A stretch of 64,000 nt of DNA from Camelus dromedarius. Lineage: Eukaryota. Where the stretch lies: assembly GCF_036321535.1 (NCBI RefSeq), contig NC_087437.1, positions 25,608,001 to 25,672,000 on the forward strand. Direction: 5' to 3'. The position numbers and the translations under genes are program-made. Shown here piece by piece: positions 39,941 through 53,200 of the stretch (its first letter is position 1; every line of letters starts with the position of its first letter). The notes beneath the pieces were generated by a model, which saw nothing but the letters and a program-made list of their open reading frames with translations, did not search any database and had not been told where the DNA came from.

Positions 39941-42900
39941 GTAAGTAAGCAACACGTTTAAGTGAGCAAGTAACTTCCTTGCTAGCCAAAATACTTGAAC
40001 AACTACACAATTTTAAATGTTCTCTTCTTCTTCTGTTATCTCACCATTCAGTGATAAGGTGTTCCGTGTCAATGTTGAAGATGAAAATCACATCAACTTA
40101 CTCCGTGAGTTGACCAGCATCAGGCAGGTAAATAACAATTCTATGCTAAGTTTCCTTCACACTTATTTTTAAATCTTAGATAGCACTGTGATTCCATCAA
40201 AGAAAGAATGACATGAAATATTAGCTAAAGCACTTCTGTAGCAAGAAATAAGAACTTGAAAAACATTTAGCACTGCAATACCTTTTTTTTTTTCTGCCTT
40301 AATTAGATTGCCACAAGCCCCACAGTATTATAAATCCAAGGTAACTTTTTAAAGAGCTGACAGGGCATGACAACTAGATGAGTTGGAACTGTTGCAAAGG
40401 TCATAGAACATCTAACATACAGTAACTTCTCTTCTAAAGCAAAAGAGAAAAATGATCAACTTGGATATTACAGAAAAACTGGGCTTTAATCCAACTTGAA
40501 ATTCATTTCCACATCCCATGTATCATCTGTTCTCTTTGATTTTCTTTCATTCCAAATCAAACAGCTTGAGTTTTCATGACCTTGATTCAGGCCCTCTTAA
40601 TGACGTGACATGAGTAAGGAAGGTAAAAAGGCATGAGTGATTTCCATACTTTCATTTGACTCTCAAGAAACCATAATCTCTAGGCTACTTTAAAAAAAAT
40701 CCACTGCATATGGGATGAAAACTGACATTTTTAATTATATACATAGTGTGGCAGGAAGATATTGCTAATGACAAATAGCTTGGTCCAAACTGTCTTTTCA
40801 TGAATATGTAAACCAAATAGTCTACTAGCTCCTAAGTATCTATCCATCCATCCATCCATCTATCCATCTATCTTTCTGTAGTCATTTTTTTAGCTTTTAA
40901 TGTACAGAGGGGATAAAGAAGGTAGAGAGTGTCATAACCAAGCAGATTCAGAAGGTTACAACTGAAAGAGAATATGAAGTCATCTATTCCAGCCTTCCAC
41001 TCAAATTTGAATTTCCTCAGTAGAAACAGCATCCCTGGTTTCTAGCCCTAATAAAATCTGTTTGAATACTTAAAAGGATAGTAGGAATACTGCTGTTTTA
41101 GAGAAGTAAATTTGCCTTACGAATCATTCTAATTGTTACACAAAGCTGAAAGCTACCTTCTCTAACTTTGACCCAGTGGACCTAGCTGAGCCAAATACTG
41201 TCTTCCTTCTAAGATTTATCTTTTCCAGGCCTTCCATCATTTCTCTTAGCACTGGTTTACAGACACTTGATCATTCTCGTCACTTCTAAATATAGCTCAA
41301 TCTTTCTGTCTATATTTCTTTCTTAAAGTGTAGCTCTCAGAATTGAGTGGACCTCCAGGTATGCTCTGATTAATACATACTGTGGGACCACTGCCAGCCT
41401 TCATTTTTAAAGCAGACATTTATTAATGGGGCTGAAGATTCTTTTAAGTATCTTGAACAGTTATAAAATACTCTTAGCTTAAAGTAAACCTATTGCCAAT
41501 CAAAACTATTAGGCTATTTTTTTTCTCACATGAATCACCCTCAAGCAAGATATTCTTTCTTCTGTACTTGCCTAATTGATCTTTTAACTTCAGTGCAGGA
41601 TTTTAGATTTACTCTGCTAAAATTTACCTTGATAGCACGTTGAAATTGTTTTAAAAATGAATACAGTCATCCAGAAAAATAATTCTTCCCCCAACTCTGC
41701 ATCACCAGCAAGTTTGATAAACATGCTTTCTTGACTTTAATTTTTGTCACTATCGATAAAGGAAAAATATTAAGTCAGGGGTCAGCACAGAATTAGAGGC
41801 CCCCGCCATGGTTCATTCATTTAATATCTATCACGAGTCACCAACACACTAGACACAGTGTTAAACACTGAAAGTGATTCATTAACCAACTCTCCTCGGA
41901 TGAGTTTGCTGCACCACCCATGTTACTGTGGTGTTACCGACAGCTAACACTGCACCTTCCGGCTTGTACAGAATATAAATGCAGAGACTTGGTCACTTTG
42001 CTAAGATCCAGATTCAGCATTCTATCAGGCTAGAGGTCTCTTTCAATAACATGAAGTTAACTGAGCCTGACTTATGCTTGCTTTACACCGTGCTGGCTCC
42101 TAAGGATTACAGCTTCCTTTTCTGAGCGTTCATAATCCATCTGCTTCCAGTTCACTCTGCAGCTTTGCCAGAGTCAATGCCCAGCCCCAGGAGCTCTGGG
42201 ATTCACCTGTTTTCCTGTTTATGAAATCCAAGACGTGCCCCTTCCACTCCTCAGTGATCCTTTCAAGCTCTGATTCCCCCAAGATTGCTGAGAAAGGTCT
42301 GCAATCACATCCTCAGTATTTTTTAGTTACCTAAAGTTCAGCATTTTCTGGTGGTCAAGAGCAGAGAATCTGGACTCAGACTTCCTGGGTTCAATTTCTG
42401 GCTCTACCACTTAATTAGCTGGATGTTGGACACCTCTCTGGAGCTCAACATTCTCATTTGTCAAATAAGGAGAATAACAGCATTCACCTTACAGGATTGT
42501 TATGAGATTTAAAAGAATTACTATAAGTGAAGCACTTGGAAAGAACTTATATAGTAACAACTATGTAAGCATTTGTTATTACCATCATTAGATCCAGGAT
42601 TTTGAATGCAATTTACATGGACGGTACAGTCCCCTCTCTCCTTATCCATCCTGGGCCTCAGTGTTCTTTCCAAAGAAGGTATTTCTGCTCAAATCAAAAC
42701 ATGAGAAAAATCCTTTACGTATGGTAATTTCACCTCTCAACAGAAACAGAAAAAACAAGAGATAGTATAACTCCTAAGAAAAGACAAAAGCCAAACAAAA
42801 GTGAAATACGGCTACTTCCTCTCTTCCAGCTGTAAACATCATGCTTTAGCTCCAAGCAGGGGGACTGCATGTTTCTTCTTCATTCACTGCATTTCCACAT

Positions 42901-44155
42901 GATTGGAAAAGGGATTTTTACTCTCCTTAGCAGTCTTGCAAGTGCAGCATATTCTGGACTGTAGCCTTCCTGATAAGATCACTACAAGGGCATCTAGTCT
43001 TTGTATTCATCCTTGGCCATGTGTCCTTCCTCCGGCTTTTGAACATGTCCTTTTAAAAGCTGAATGTATTGGAGAGACCTGTGACCACACTGGACTCTAG
43101 CAGCCTCACTCTTTTCATGTTTAATTGTAGAGTAAAGATTTTATGTTATCTCCTTGTTCTTTTATTAGAGATCTTCATCACAAAACCTGTTCTTTTTTCT
43201 CAGTACTTTCCTGAACTCTGTTTCTCCAGTTTCAGGTGCATGTTTATCTATGCCCAGAGTAACATGGTTACAGCCTTCCAGTGTTTCCATCACTCCCATT
43301 ATGCTTGTAAGTTCTTCCCTGCTGTCTGGAAGCAGGCCTCGAGTAGAAGCCATTTTCCTTTCCAACAAGAAAGGAAAATTCCATCAAGATGAATGAAGAG
43401 TCTATTATGTGCTCCACTTATAGTCAAATGCAGTGTGAAGTAATAAATTTGTGTAAATATGTGAAGAACCCAAAATCCCCAAAACTAGTATTTCATCTTT
43501 ATATATCCATCTTATTCCTAAAAGAATTTAAGGTCAATACACTACTTTATCTTGCTTTTGTGCTGGTTTTGTAATATATTTTAGGAAGGACTCTGTAGTT
43601 ATTAGCCAGCTGGCTGATTAAGTTGACATTCCCACAGTGCTATCACTTAAAGATACTTCTTTATCTTCCAACAAATGCTCTTTATGGTTCTTTGTCACTC
43701 AGATTCCTAGATTTATAATTTTATAACTTCAGCTTTATAATTCTTCAACATATTATTCAATTCCCCACATCTCATATCCTATATTTTACTTCACTTCCAT
43801 ATTTTAAACATAGATCTCATTCACAAGGTGTTGGCAACTTCTGAAATTTATATTTATCCCCTGTACCAATATTTTATTATTTGTAGCCCTACTTAATGCA
43901 TTGTAAACATCTATGAGGCTATAGTGCTGCTCCTGATTTGGGGCTCCATTTCTCCTAAGATGCACTGGGGACTAACTCCAAGTCAGCAAGTCTGCATCAT
44001 TTTTGCAAGACTCCATCACATTGTATGTTAGGATGTTTGTTGACCAATTTTCTCCTTGTCAAACTGAAATTTTTAAGGGACTTCAGGTTAGGGTCTACGA
44101 GTCTTCTGTCAAACTTGCCTATGAGATTTCTTCAACACAGAATCAATCAATCAAT

Positions 44156-44200
<45 letters not shown>

Positions 44201-47200
44201 GCAAAGCCAGGATAGATAGGCAAGAGGTCAGGAGTCTAGGGAAAGCAACTTTCAATTAATATCAGAAATAAAACCATCCATAAGGCAATTAGGCTGTTCT
44301 GAAGCGGTGCTAGATATATTCAAGTACCCATCACCAAGGATGTTGTGCAGGCATTTTTTTTACTCTAAGTGGAAAGCTAGCATCTTAATATAGGTTCTTC
44401 TAGAGTAGACCTTTAGACAAATATTCAGGAGAAAGATTTCATTTAGAAAGCACAGGAAGCATAAGTAGAGATACAGAAAAGGGAGAGCAGCCAACAAAGT
44501 GGGCACTATTAAGCCAGATACCACAGAGGTTGACTAGAGCTTAATCCTACAAAGAAACTCTAGGAAAGGGCGCAAATAACAGGATTCAAAATTATTCCAC
44601 CTGAGAAATATGAGAACTGGAGCACTTAGACACCTACTTTCTAGGGTCATTGGTTAAGCACTTCTCTGGAAGGAATCATTTCTCTGGCACTTCCTGACTG
44701 CTGCAAGCTGTTAGCCTGGCTTTTTCCAGGTCTGGGGGAGCTTTCAAGCACTGAGATGCAGATCTTGGCAGTCCCTTGAGCATGCTCAAAGGCTGCAGCA
44801 TTGAGCACGGGCGGAGCACGGCCAAGTTGACTACAGATGCTTGGAGGACTTCATGTGCTTCACCAATTCTAAACCTCTGTGTCTATAATAACAACACACT
44901 TCCCTCTCCCATCCCCCCATGAAATGATAGGCATTTATTAGGAACACAAATTCAGAGTTAACTTTTAAAAATATACTTTCTCTTATAATGTGCTTGTCTT
45001 CATTGCTCTTCTCTTTACAATATTGGCTAACTGGAATTCTTCACCAGCCCCTTGCTTTCTCAGTCCTTATCATGATGTGCATATACTTCCCCCACAGCAC
45101 ACACTACTTTTGGAATTCCTTCTGTGTAATTCTAATATCCCTGCTTTCTATTGCCCTGACATTCCCTACGACACTGACTCATGATTCAGCACATTCTAGA
45201 CATCTACAATGGTTTGAAGATTACCAGAACAGAATATAGGCTACAGGATTCTCCACAGGTTTATCTAAAATTGGGTCATCTTAATATTGTACATCATCAG
45301 TTTCTATTTAACAACCACTAAGTCTGCCCAAACTCCCTGCTAAGCTCCAAAGCAATGGTCCTAAACATCACCACTGGTCACACCTTCAGCCTGAGACTAG
45401 CTCACAAACATCTAAACAGGTATTGGGTGAGACACATTGGCAAAGAAAGACCCAATGTCAGGCTCACCACAGGCTTCTAGGCCTTTACTCAGCTCAAAGA
45501 AAGAACAGAAAAAAAGACACCTATGAAAGGCACTATGTCCTTGGTTAGTACTTTCCCAAGGAAAAGGGAGATGTGAAACCACACATTCACAAAGAAAAAC
45601 AATGGAATTATCAAATATGTCATCCTACTTTTGTGCATAATTTTCTCTAAAATGTCCCCATCTTTGATTTGCTCTCTAGTGTACTCCTAGTCTGAGGCAC
45701 AGAGCCTAGCACATAGTAGGTCCTCAGTAATAGCTGATGAATATTTGAACAAATGAAAATGTCAGCACATTATTGGATCCTCGAGAATATTTTGTTTCAG
45801 ACCACGGTACCAAGATGACCACTGCAGAAAGATACATTTTTCCTCCCTGATGGATCCTTGACAGGTCAGGGATGCTCCTGGTTCCACACATTACTGTGAC
45901 TTGTACAGCGCTGAGCTCCAAGATAAACTCATAAAACAAATCTAACAAAAAGTAAAAGGGAAAGCTCAATTTCTCTCTACTAAATATTGTGGCTCCAGTT
46001 AATTTATCATCATTCATTCAGCACATTTATCCATCACCAAAAACACTGCTATCACAGTAAGTAACTGCTCTAGAAAAATCAATAAATAGAAAAGAGCAGT
46101 TGTAGAATACTGCAATTAACTAACATTATGGGAGATAATTATACATTCTTCATGCTTGCTGATAATCAATTAATGCTATGTATGTATGTATGTGTAAACA
46201 CTTTTATTGACATCTAACTGCTTGATTCCAACTCTTGTCCACTCAAAGGAGATATTTTTAAGAGATTTCATGGATAATTTGAGTCTGAAAATAACTCACT
46301 GGAATAGAGCAACAGTGTGCTTGCTGGTGATGATTTACCCATTGAATTATACATGTCTAATACAATATATCTTGTTCCTTACTTAGATTGACTTCTGGAA
46401 ACCAGATTCTGTCATACAAGTCAATACTCACACTACAGTTGACTTCCATGTTAAAGCAGAAGATATTTTCACTGTGGAAGACTTTCTGAAGCAAAATGAA
46501 CTACAATATGAGTAAGTTTATGTTTCATAGTTATAAAAATTCTCTCCCATGTATGCTCTCATCCTGGTCTCTGAAAAACCCTGGGAAGGTAAAATAAGAC
46601 CAAGACCAGGCTCCCCCAGGGCCTGATAAATAAGGCATGGCAGGGTTGGCCCTGAATTCCAGATCTTAAGACATCAGGTCTAGCAGATTTTGTGTTTAGT
46701 TATTGCTCTAGTAAGAACAGTTTTGACTCTCATATCCCAAATCTTTAGCCAAATATCTGAACTGCTACTGGCTTACAAGTGACATACAGACTGTAGGCCA
46801 AACCAGTGGATATTCTATTATCAGCTAGACACAGTTTTAGCCCCAAATCATATCAAGTCTTCTTTCCAGGTGAGCACCAGACCTATTGTGAGCCATGAGG
46901 GTTCTCCATGCTCCTTTAGATTAAGGACCAGACTAGAGTCAGACTGAGTGGTCTTTCTGTTCTTTTCCCTCCCAAAGCCCCCAACTATCTCTAGTGGTAT
47001 GAGAAGGCAGGGAGAGGACTGAAAGAAAGGAAAGTGGTTCCCCAAAGGCCTAGAGTAGAGTTGGCTAAGCTGATCATTCCACATCTCTTCCCCAAATACC
47101 ACACTGGTCCATCTAAGCCTTTTAAGATGAGGATGTCCCCCTAAATAGAGGCAGTTGTCCATTTGTTGATCCAACAAATAATAGTGAGGGCCTACATATA

Positions 47201-50200
47201 AAAAGTACCAAAAAAACAGATACAGCCCACATCCTTCAGAGGAAAATGAACTTTAAACAAAGAATTGCAATATGCATAACATATCAAGAAACGTAAAGAG
47301 CTGGAGATACTGGGGAATAGATCAAGTCTAGGGATCGTGGAGGACCATCCTAGGAAATGAGGCTTTAGCTGAGAACTGAAAAATAAGGAGTGGGCCAGAC
47401 AGAGACAAGGAAAAGTCATGCTCTAGGCAGAGAACAGACTATATGCTAAGGCTTAGAACTTCCCTCAATCTGCACTTGAGGGAAAGAAGAAGTGAGGTCT
47501 TTAGTCTAAAGCAGAAGTTCTCCTCTAGAGTGGATAAGCAAGCAGCAAAGAGACAGTCTCAGGCTCCAGTCCTGAAAATTCAAATGTTTATCCAATTCCC
47601 TACCACAAGCTCAAGTCTCCATTATATTTTGAGAAAATGTGACCTACATAATTTTAACAGAAATTTTCTATAATTTTTCACATCTTAAAATATAGAATAG
47701 TATTTATACTAGTAAAGAGGTCAGAATTGTGACCTATAAAATGTGCACTTCCATCAAGAGAAGGGGTGCAGCATAATGCAACAAACAAATGCTTTGGGAA
47801 AAATCAGACAAGATTTAAATCCTGGCTCTGCAACTTCCTGGCTGTGTGACCTTGGATCATTTGTTTAACCTTTCCAAGCTTTGGTTTCCTCATCCTTCTA
47901 GGGAAAGGATCCTTATAACCATATCTTCATAAAGTGAAGATATATACAATGCTACTCTTGAGAGAAGGTTATTGTAAAGATGAAATAAAACAATATGTAA
48001 ATAAATCGTAACTGGTCTTATTATTGCTGTGAGTGCTGCTACGGTTTACTGTTGTACAAAGAGGTGGATTATACATTTTTTAAAGGTCAACAGAAACTGT
48101 TTTGTTTGACCCCATTATCGTGCTTTACACAGCTTAGCTATCTGCTTCTGCCTGAGGGAAGTGTCAAAATGTGACCTTAAGAATCAACTGTCTTTTTAAA
48201 ACAAAGACATAATACAGTTAAGTTTCAACATGTGATTAAGATTCATGTCTGTGATATTTTGCTCTTTTTATTACACTAGGAAGGACTTCTAAAATCCTAG
48301 CCTTTAGGAGCCCTCAGTAATACTCAAAAAGATAAGTTTCTTTACAATTCTTTAAGAAAACCAAAAGGAAGATGAGCGACCATAAGATAACTCTAGCCAC
48401 CCGAATAACGTCCTAATTCTGCTCACAGCACGAAGCAGTAAATCAGCTTCTAATCACATATCAATCTCCTTTTACCAGGTGGAAAATTCATGTCCTTTTT
48501 TTAGTGGGTAAACTTTTGAGGAATTGTGTATGAATGCTGTCCCACGTAGAACATAGGACATTCCCTGAGGGCTAAGATCTTGTTAATTTTTGCTTAGCAC
48601 ATTTGAGCATATGATTTTCTAAATATTAAATAATAATAAGTCCCTAGAAATCCTGGAGAAGCACACCAGCAATATCCTTGCCGGGGCTGCAAGCAGTCCC
48701 TGTGCTTCCCATTATTACCTCACATGGTAACTAATGTGTATTTAGATGGCTTCCTGCCGGCAAGAATTTGCAGTTCTTTTTCTATATAACAGGAACCATC
48801 TACTTCACAAGTTCCACCAAAATAGCTCTTCCGGTTTTTCAGTGGTCCCAACCTCCTTCACCAAGACTTTCATCATTTGGTAGTTTTAATCAGATTCTGA
48901 ATTACCACGGGAAAAAATTTAAAATGTGTGCACCAAGAAAAAAAACCTATTTTTAAATGCTTATGTCACACCCAAGGTACAGAAAGACCAGAAATTGGAT
49001 GATGTAAATCGCCAACTTAACAGTACTGAAGCCAAGTTGACAGAACCTTTCAGTGGGTGGGCCTTCACACAATTCCTTCCTACAAACTGCAGGAAGGTTG
49101 TCTGTGCCCTATCTAATCTAAGAAGAGACTGATTATTGTTATCTGCCTATAACATTTTTCAGCATATTTCAGATTCTAACAGGAAAGTGTCCTTGGATAA
49201 CAATGCGTACATAGTAATGCTCTTCAACAGCAATGGGTGTGTAGTCTGGGAACTGACCAAATGCTCCGTTTTTCAGGAATCTGAAAAGGGGAGAAAATTA
49301 AGTCATGTCTCTCCTCCTCAGACATTGTTATTTCGGGCTTTGTTGCAAGTCCCTGTTATCTAATTTGCCTGCATGTTTAAAAAAAAAGAAAAAGAAGTTG
49401 GATAGCACTATAAAAGAAACATACAAAAGTATAAAATAGTGTACATGCCTCTATATTTTGGAGTTGTAATGCAGTTCCTATTACATTAAGAGGCATTGTT
49501 TTAATCTCGTAGAACAGAAGCTCATTATTTAGTAATAATATTTTGTAATATAGTTAAAGTAGTGCTTTGCCCTAAATCTAATAATATCAAATAATCATAG
49601 GACTGGGAAGTATCATTTACGGTCAATCCCCCCACCTTCAGGCAAAAGTCAGCAACCACATTTCAACCTTCTTCTGATACTCGTTTGCAAGTTACTAGAG
49701 GACATTTTTACTCTTGGGTGCCATCTTAAATCTAACTGGTTTTATTATGCTTCTTTGTCCTGATTATTGATGAAATATGTAATATTTAACATAATAATAA
49801 CTCTAACGGAATGTCTCTTCTTAGTACCAAACTAAGTAGCAACCTCCACAGTCACTTATTCTCCCAAATAATTTGAATTTGAGGATTGGACGCAAAAGAT
49901 AGGATTTTGCAGTTTGCTATAGAAGCTCTACTTCTCCCTCCACTCAGAGCCGGTCCTGGTAGTCAGAAACCAGCGTGCTTCTGTTCTTGAAAACAAAAGG
50001 CAATAGAATGTCCTGAGGCTGTACAATGCCCAGGAGCAGTTAGCTGATGCTTTCTTTTCTCTGGGCCCCCTCTAAGAAGCCATGTGACCAAGACGGTCAT
50101 TTTATTTGCTCACTAACAGTGGAAAATCTTGTTAAAGTGAAAGCAGATGTCATTTGCCATTTCCTCTTGAATTTTTAGTTTTGCCATTCTATCAGAGAAG

Positions 50201-53200
50201 TTCATCCTTGTTAGGCAGGATTTGTTCTTTCAAATTGATGATCTTGGAATATAGTTGTTTTCTTAAAGGTTTCTGCTTGTTGATATTTAATTTTCAAGGT
50301 TTTTGTTTTACTTGCTTTGTTTTCATTTGTTTTTAGTTATATTTAAATTATCTCTATTCTAGATGTTTCCTTGGCGTTTATGAGGGTGGTAACCAGCAAC
50401 TTTACTATAGTTTACTTTTTTTTTTTGATAAACCTTGGAAGACATCTATGTAAATTACCAAGGTCTATGGAGTTGAATTAAGTTATTGCATTCTAGAACT
50501 GAAAAGGACACTGGATACCAGCTAATCAAATATCCGACTCTAAAAATTTTAAAAATTAAGGGCCAGAGATTAAATGACTTTTCTGAAGTCAATTTACATG
50601 TTAGGCAAAACTATGACTCTGACCTTTTGATTCCTAATTTTAGATTCTTTCTAATTCCACCCTATTCCCTAGCAATTCACTTTGGGTGTTGAATATAATT
50701 AATTATAGCACTTAATACAATTGTTCCTAACTGTAGTTTCTGACTATCCCCCCAAAATGTCTACATCCCAATCCCCCAAGTATATGAATATGTTATGTTA
50801 ATGGTAAAGAGAAGTTAGGGTTGTTGATGGAATTAAGGTTGCTAAGCAGCTGTACTTAAAATATGTAGATTATCCAAGGTTGTCCAGATAAATACAAATT
50901 GACCACAGGGTCCTTTCAAGCGGAAGAGGGAGGCAGAAGAGGAGGTCAGAGTGATGAAACATAAGGACTTGAGCTGCTGGTACCGTCTCTGAAGATGGAG
51001 GAGAAGGGCAAAGAGCCAAGGAATGTGGGCAGCCTCTAGAAGCTGTAAAGGGCAAGGAATCAGATTCTCCCTAGAGCTTTCAGACGGGGGCATCTCCCTG
51101 TTGACATTTCGATTTTAGCCCAGTGAGACCCGTGTTTGATTTCTAAACTGTAAAATATTAAATTCACGTTGTTTTAAGCCACTCCATTTGTGGTAACTTA
51201 CAGCAGACAGAGAAACAAATATACTAACGAAAGTACTTAATGGGAAATTTTCTTTCCACAGAAATAAATCTTTAAAACTTCTCCCTTTTCTTTTTTTTTA
51301 ATACTACCTTAAGATAGTATTTGCCTCTTGCTAGGAAACAAATATCATTTAGTACTAATTTACTGTTTTTCCCATAAACACCAGTTCATGTCCAAGTTAA
51401 CCAAATGAAGAAGAGACCAGGAGAGAGATTCAGAAGATGTCCCTGACATGCTTCATCAAAATGCCCTTGGGGCTGCCAGAGGAGACGTAGACTTTTGATG
51501 TGCGGCTGCAGTTCTCTGTGTGTCAGATAAAAACCTTTCAAGGCTTGACTGTGGATGACAGACATTTCTACAAACTAGCTACTGCCCATAATATTTACAG
51601 TGACCAAGGACATGATCAAGGACATTAATGCTCATAAAATTTTGTCCCTTCAGAACATAGTTTCCACTCAAAAGTTGCCAAGAGAAACAAGGTCACACAT
51701 ACCCATACCTTCATGCCTGCCTCTTATAATAAAAACTTGAATCTGAACAGTCATTTATAGAAATAAGCAGGCCTCAAAGTTTCTGTCACCAATTTTTATA
51801 CTACCTCACTACAGAACCATTATTATATTATTTTAAACCAGCCAAAAGAAAAGCAAGCAGAAAGATATTTTTCTCAAAGCCTAGAGAAAGGCCTCAGGTG
51901 ACCAGCTAGCCCAATTTACCCTGGACTAAGTAGGTTCCTGTGACATGGAGATTTCAGTACCAAAACCAGGAAAGTCCTGAGGAAGAAAGACCATAGATAG
52001 GGCTTGAATGCATGCCTCTGTGTGGCAGCCCAAGGCCCTGACCCAGAATGCCCCAGGTATCAGGGAAACCATTTTCTGAGTTTAAGGTACAAAGACACCC
52101 AAATATGTGAAGTCTGAGCCAAAGAAGAGCCTGCTTTGCTCACAGTCTCCAGTATCCTTCTCAGTGATTTACTCGCGCTTTGTGATGAGTAGCTCAAGTT
52201 GAAGAGCATCAAGAACAATCAGAGGAAACATCTGACTCCCTGTGCCATCTGCTAAAGTGGAGACTGGGCTTTTGCATATATTCACTGGGAGACATGGCTC
52301 TGTTCACAGAAGCACCCTCTCTGGTTTATTACAGGGTATTGATAAGCAACCTGGGATCTGTGCTGGAGGCTCAGCTTGACAGCAGAGTGTACGCAACTGG
52401 ACACAGTTACGAGAAGTACAACGACTGGGAAACGGTACGACGTGCACACGATTTACACAGATACTGCTTTGGGAATTGAACCAAGAATGTCACATTAATC
52501 CACAAATGATTCCATTTGGTAGATAGAGGCTTGGACTCAACAAATCACCAGTGAAAATCCAGACCTCGTCTCTCGCAGTGTCATCGGAACCACATTTTCA
52601 GGAAACAATATATACCTCCTCAAGGTAATCCTTTTTAACCATGACCTTGACATGTCTAAGGGCTTTAAATCAATGAATTCTAACACATTAACATCTGTTT
52701 CACAGACATGTTCATCCCAAACACTGTTATAACTCTTTTCCTGCCTATATCCCCTAGGGAATCAAACAGATTCCCCAGATTCTTTTATGATATGTGAATT
52801 TTTAAGTCATTATTTTGATTTATTCAAAAGGAAAAATGCAATAAAAGTAAGAGAAGTCCTATAAATTTAACCACATTCCTGTAAGCAATGTAAATGATCA
52901 TCTACCTTGATGAAATTTTTCTCTCCCAGATGTTATCTGCAGATCCATTTGTTAAAGAGGTTCATAAACTTCATGTCTATCAGAAAACATTACACAGTGT
53001 ATCAACAATTTGTTTCTGTCATCCTCTAATGCCATTCTTATCATGCAATTCTAATGAAGAAAATGAAAAAACAAGGAATAAGTAGCAGAGAAGGAAAAAT
53101 TCTTACAAGATTAGCAACAATCATGATTACTTCTAATTACTCATCCAGTTGTCTTGGTCATGTCACCTAATAATAGCAGCAGAAAATAACCTCCACGTGA

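Noticed and set aside
47921..47943. 9-bp stem hairpin ATATCTTCA/TGAAGATAT (similar one at 22107-22132)
   Set aside because: Short AT-rich inverted repeats are expected by chance in 64 kb.
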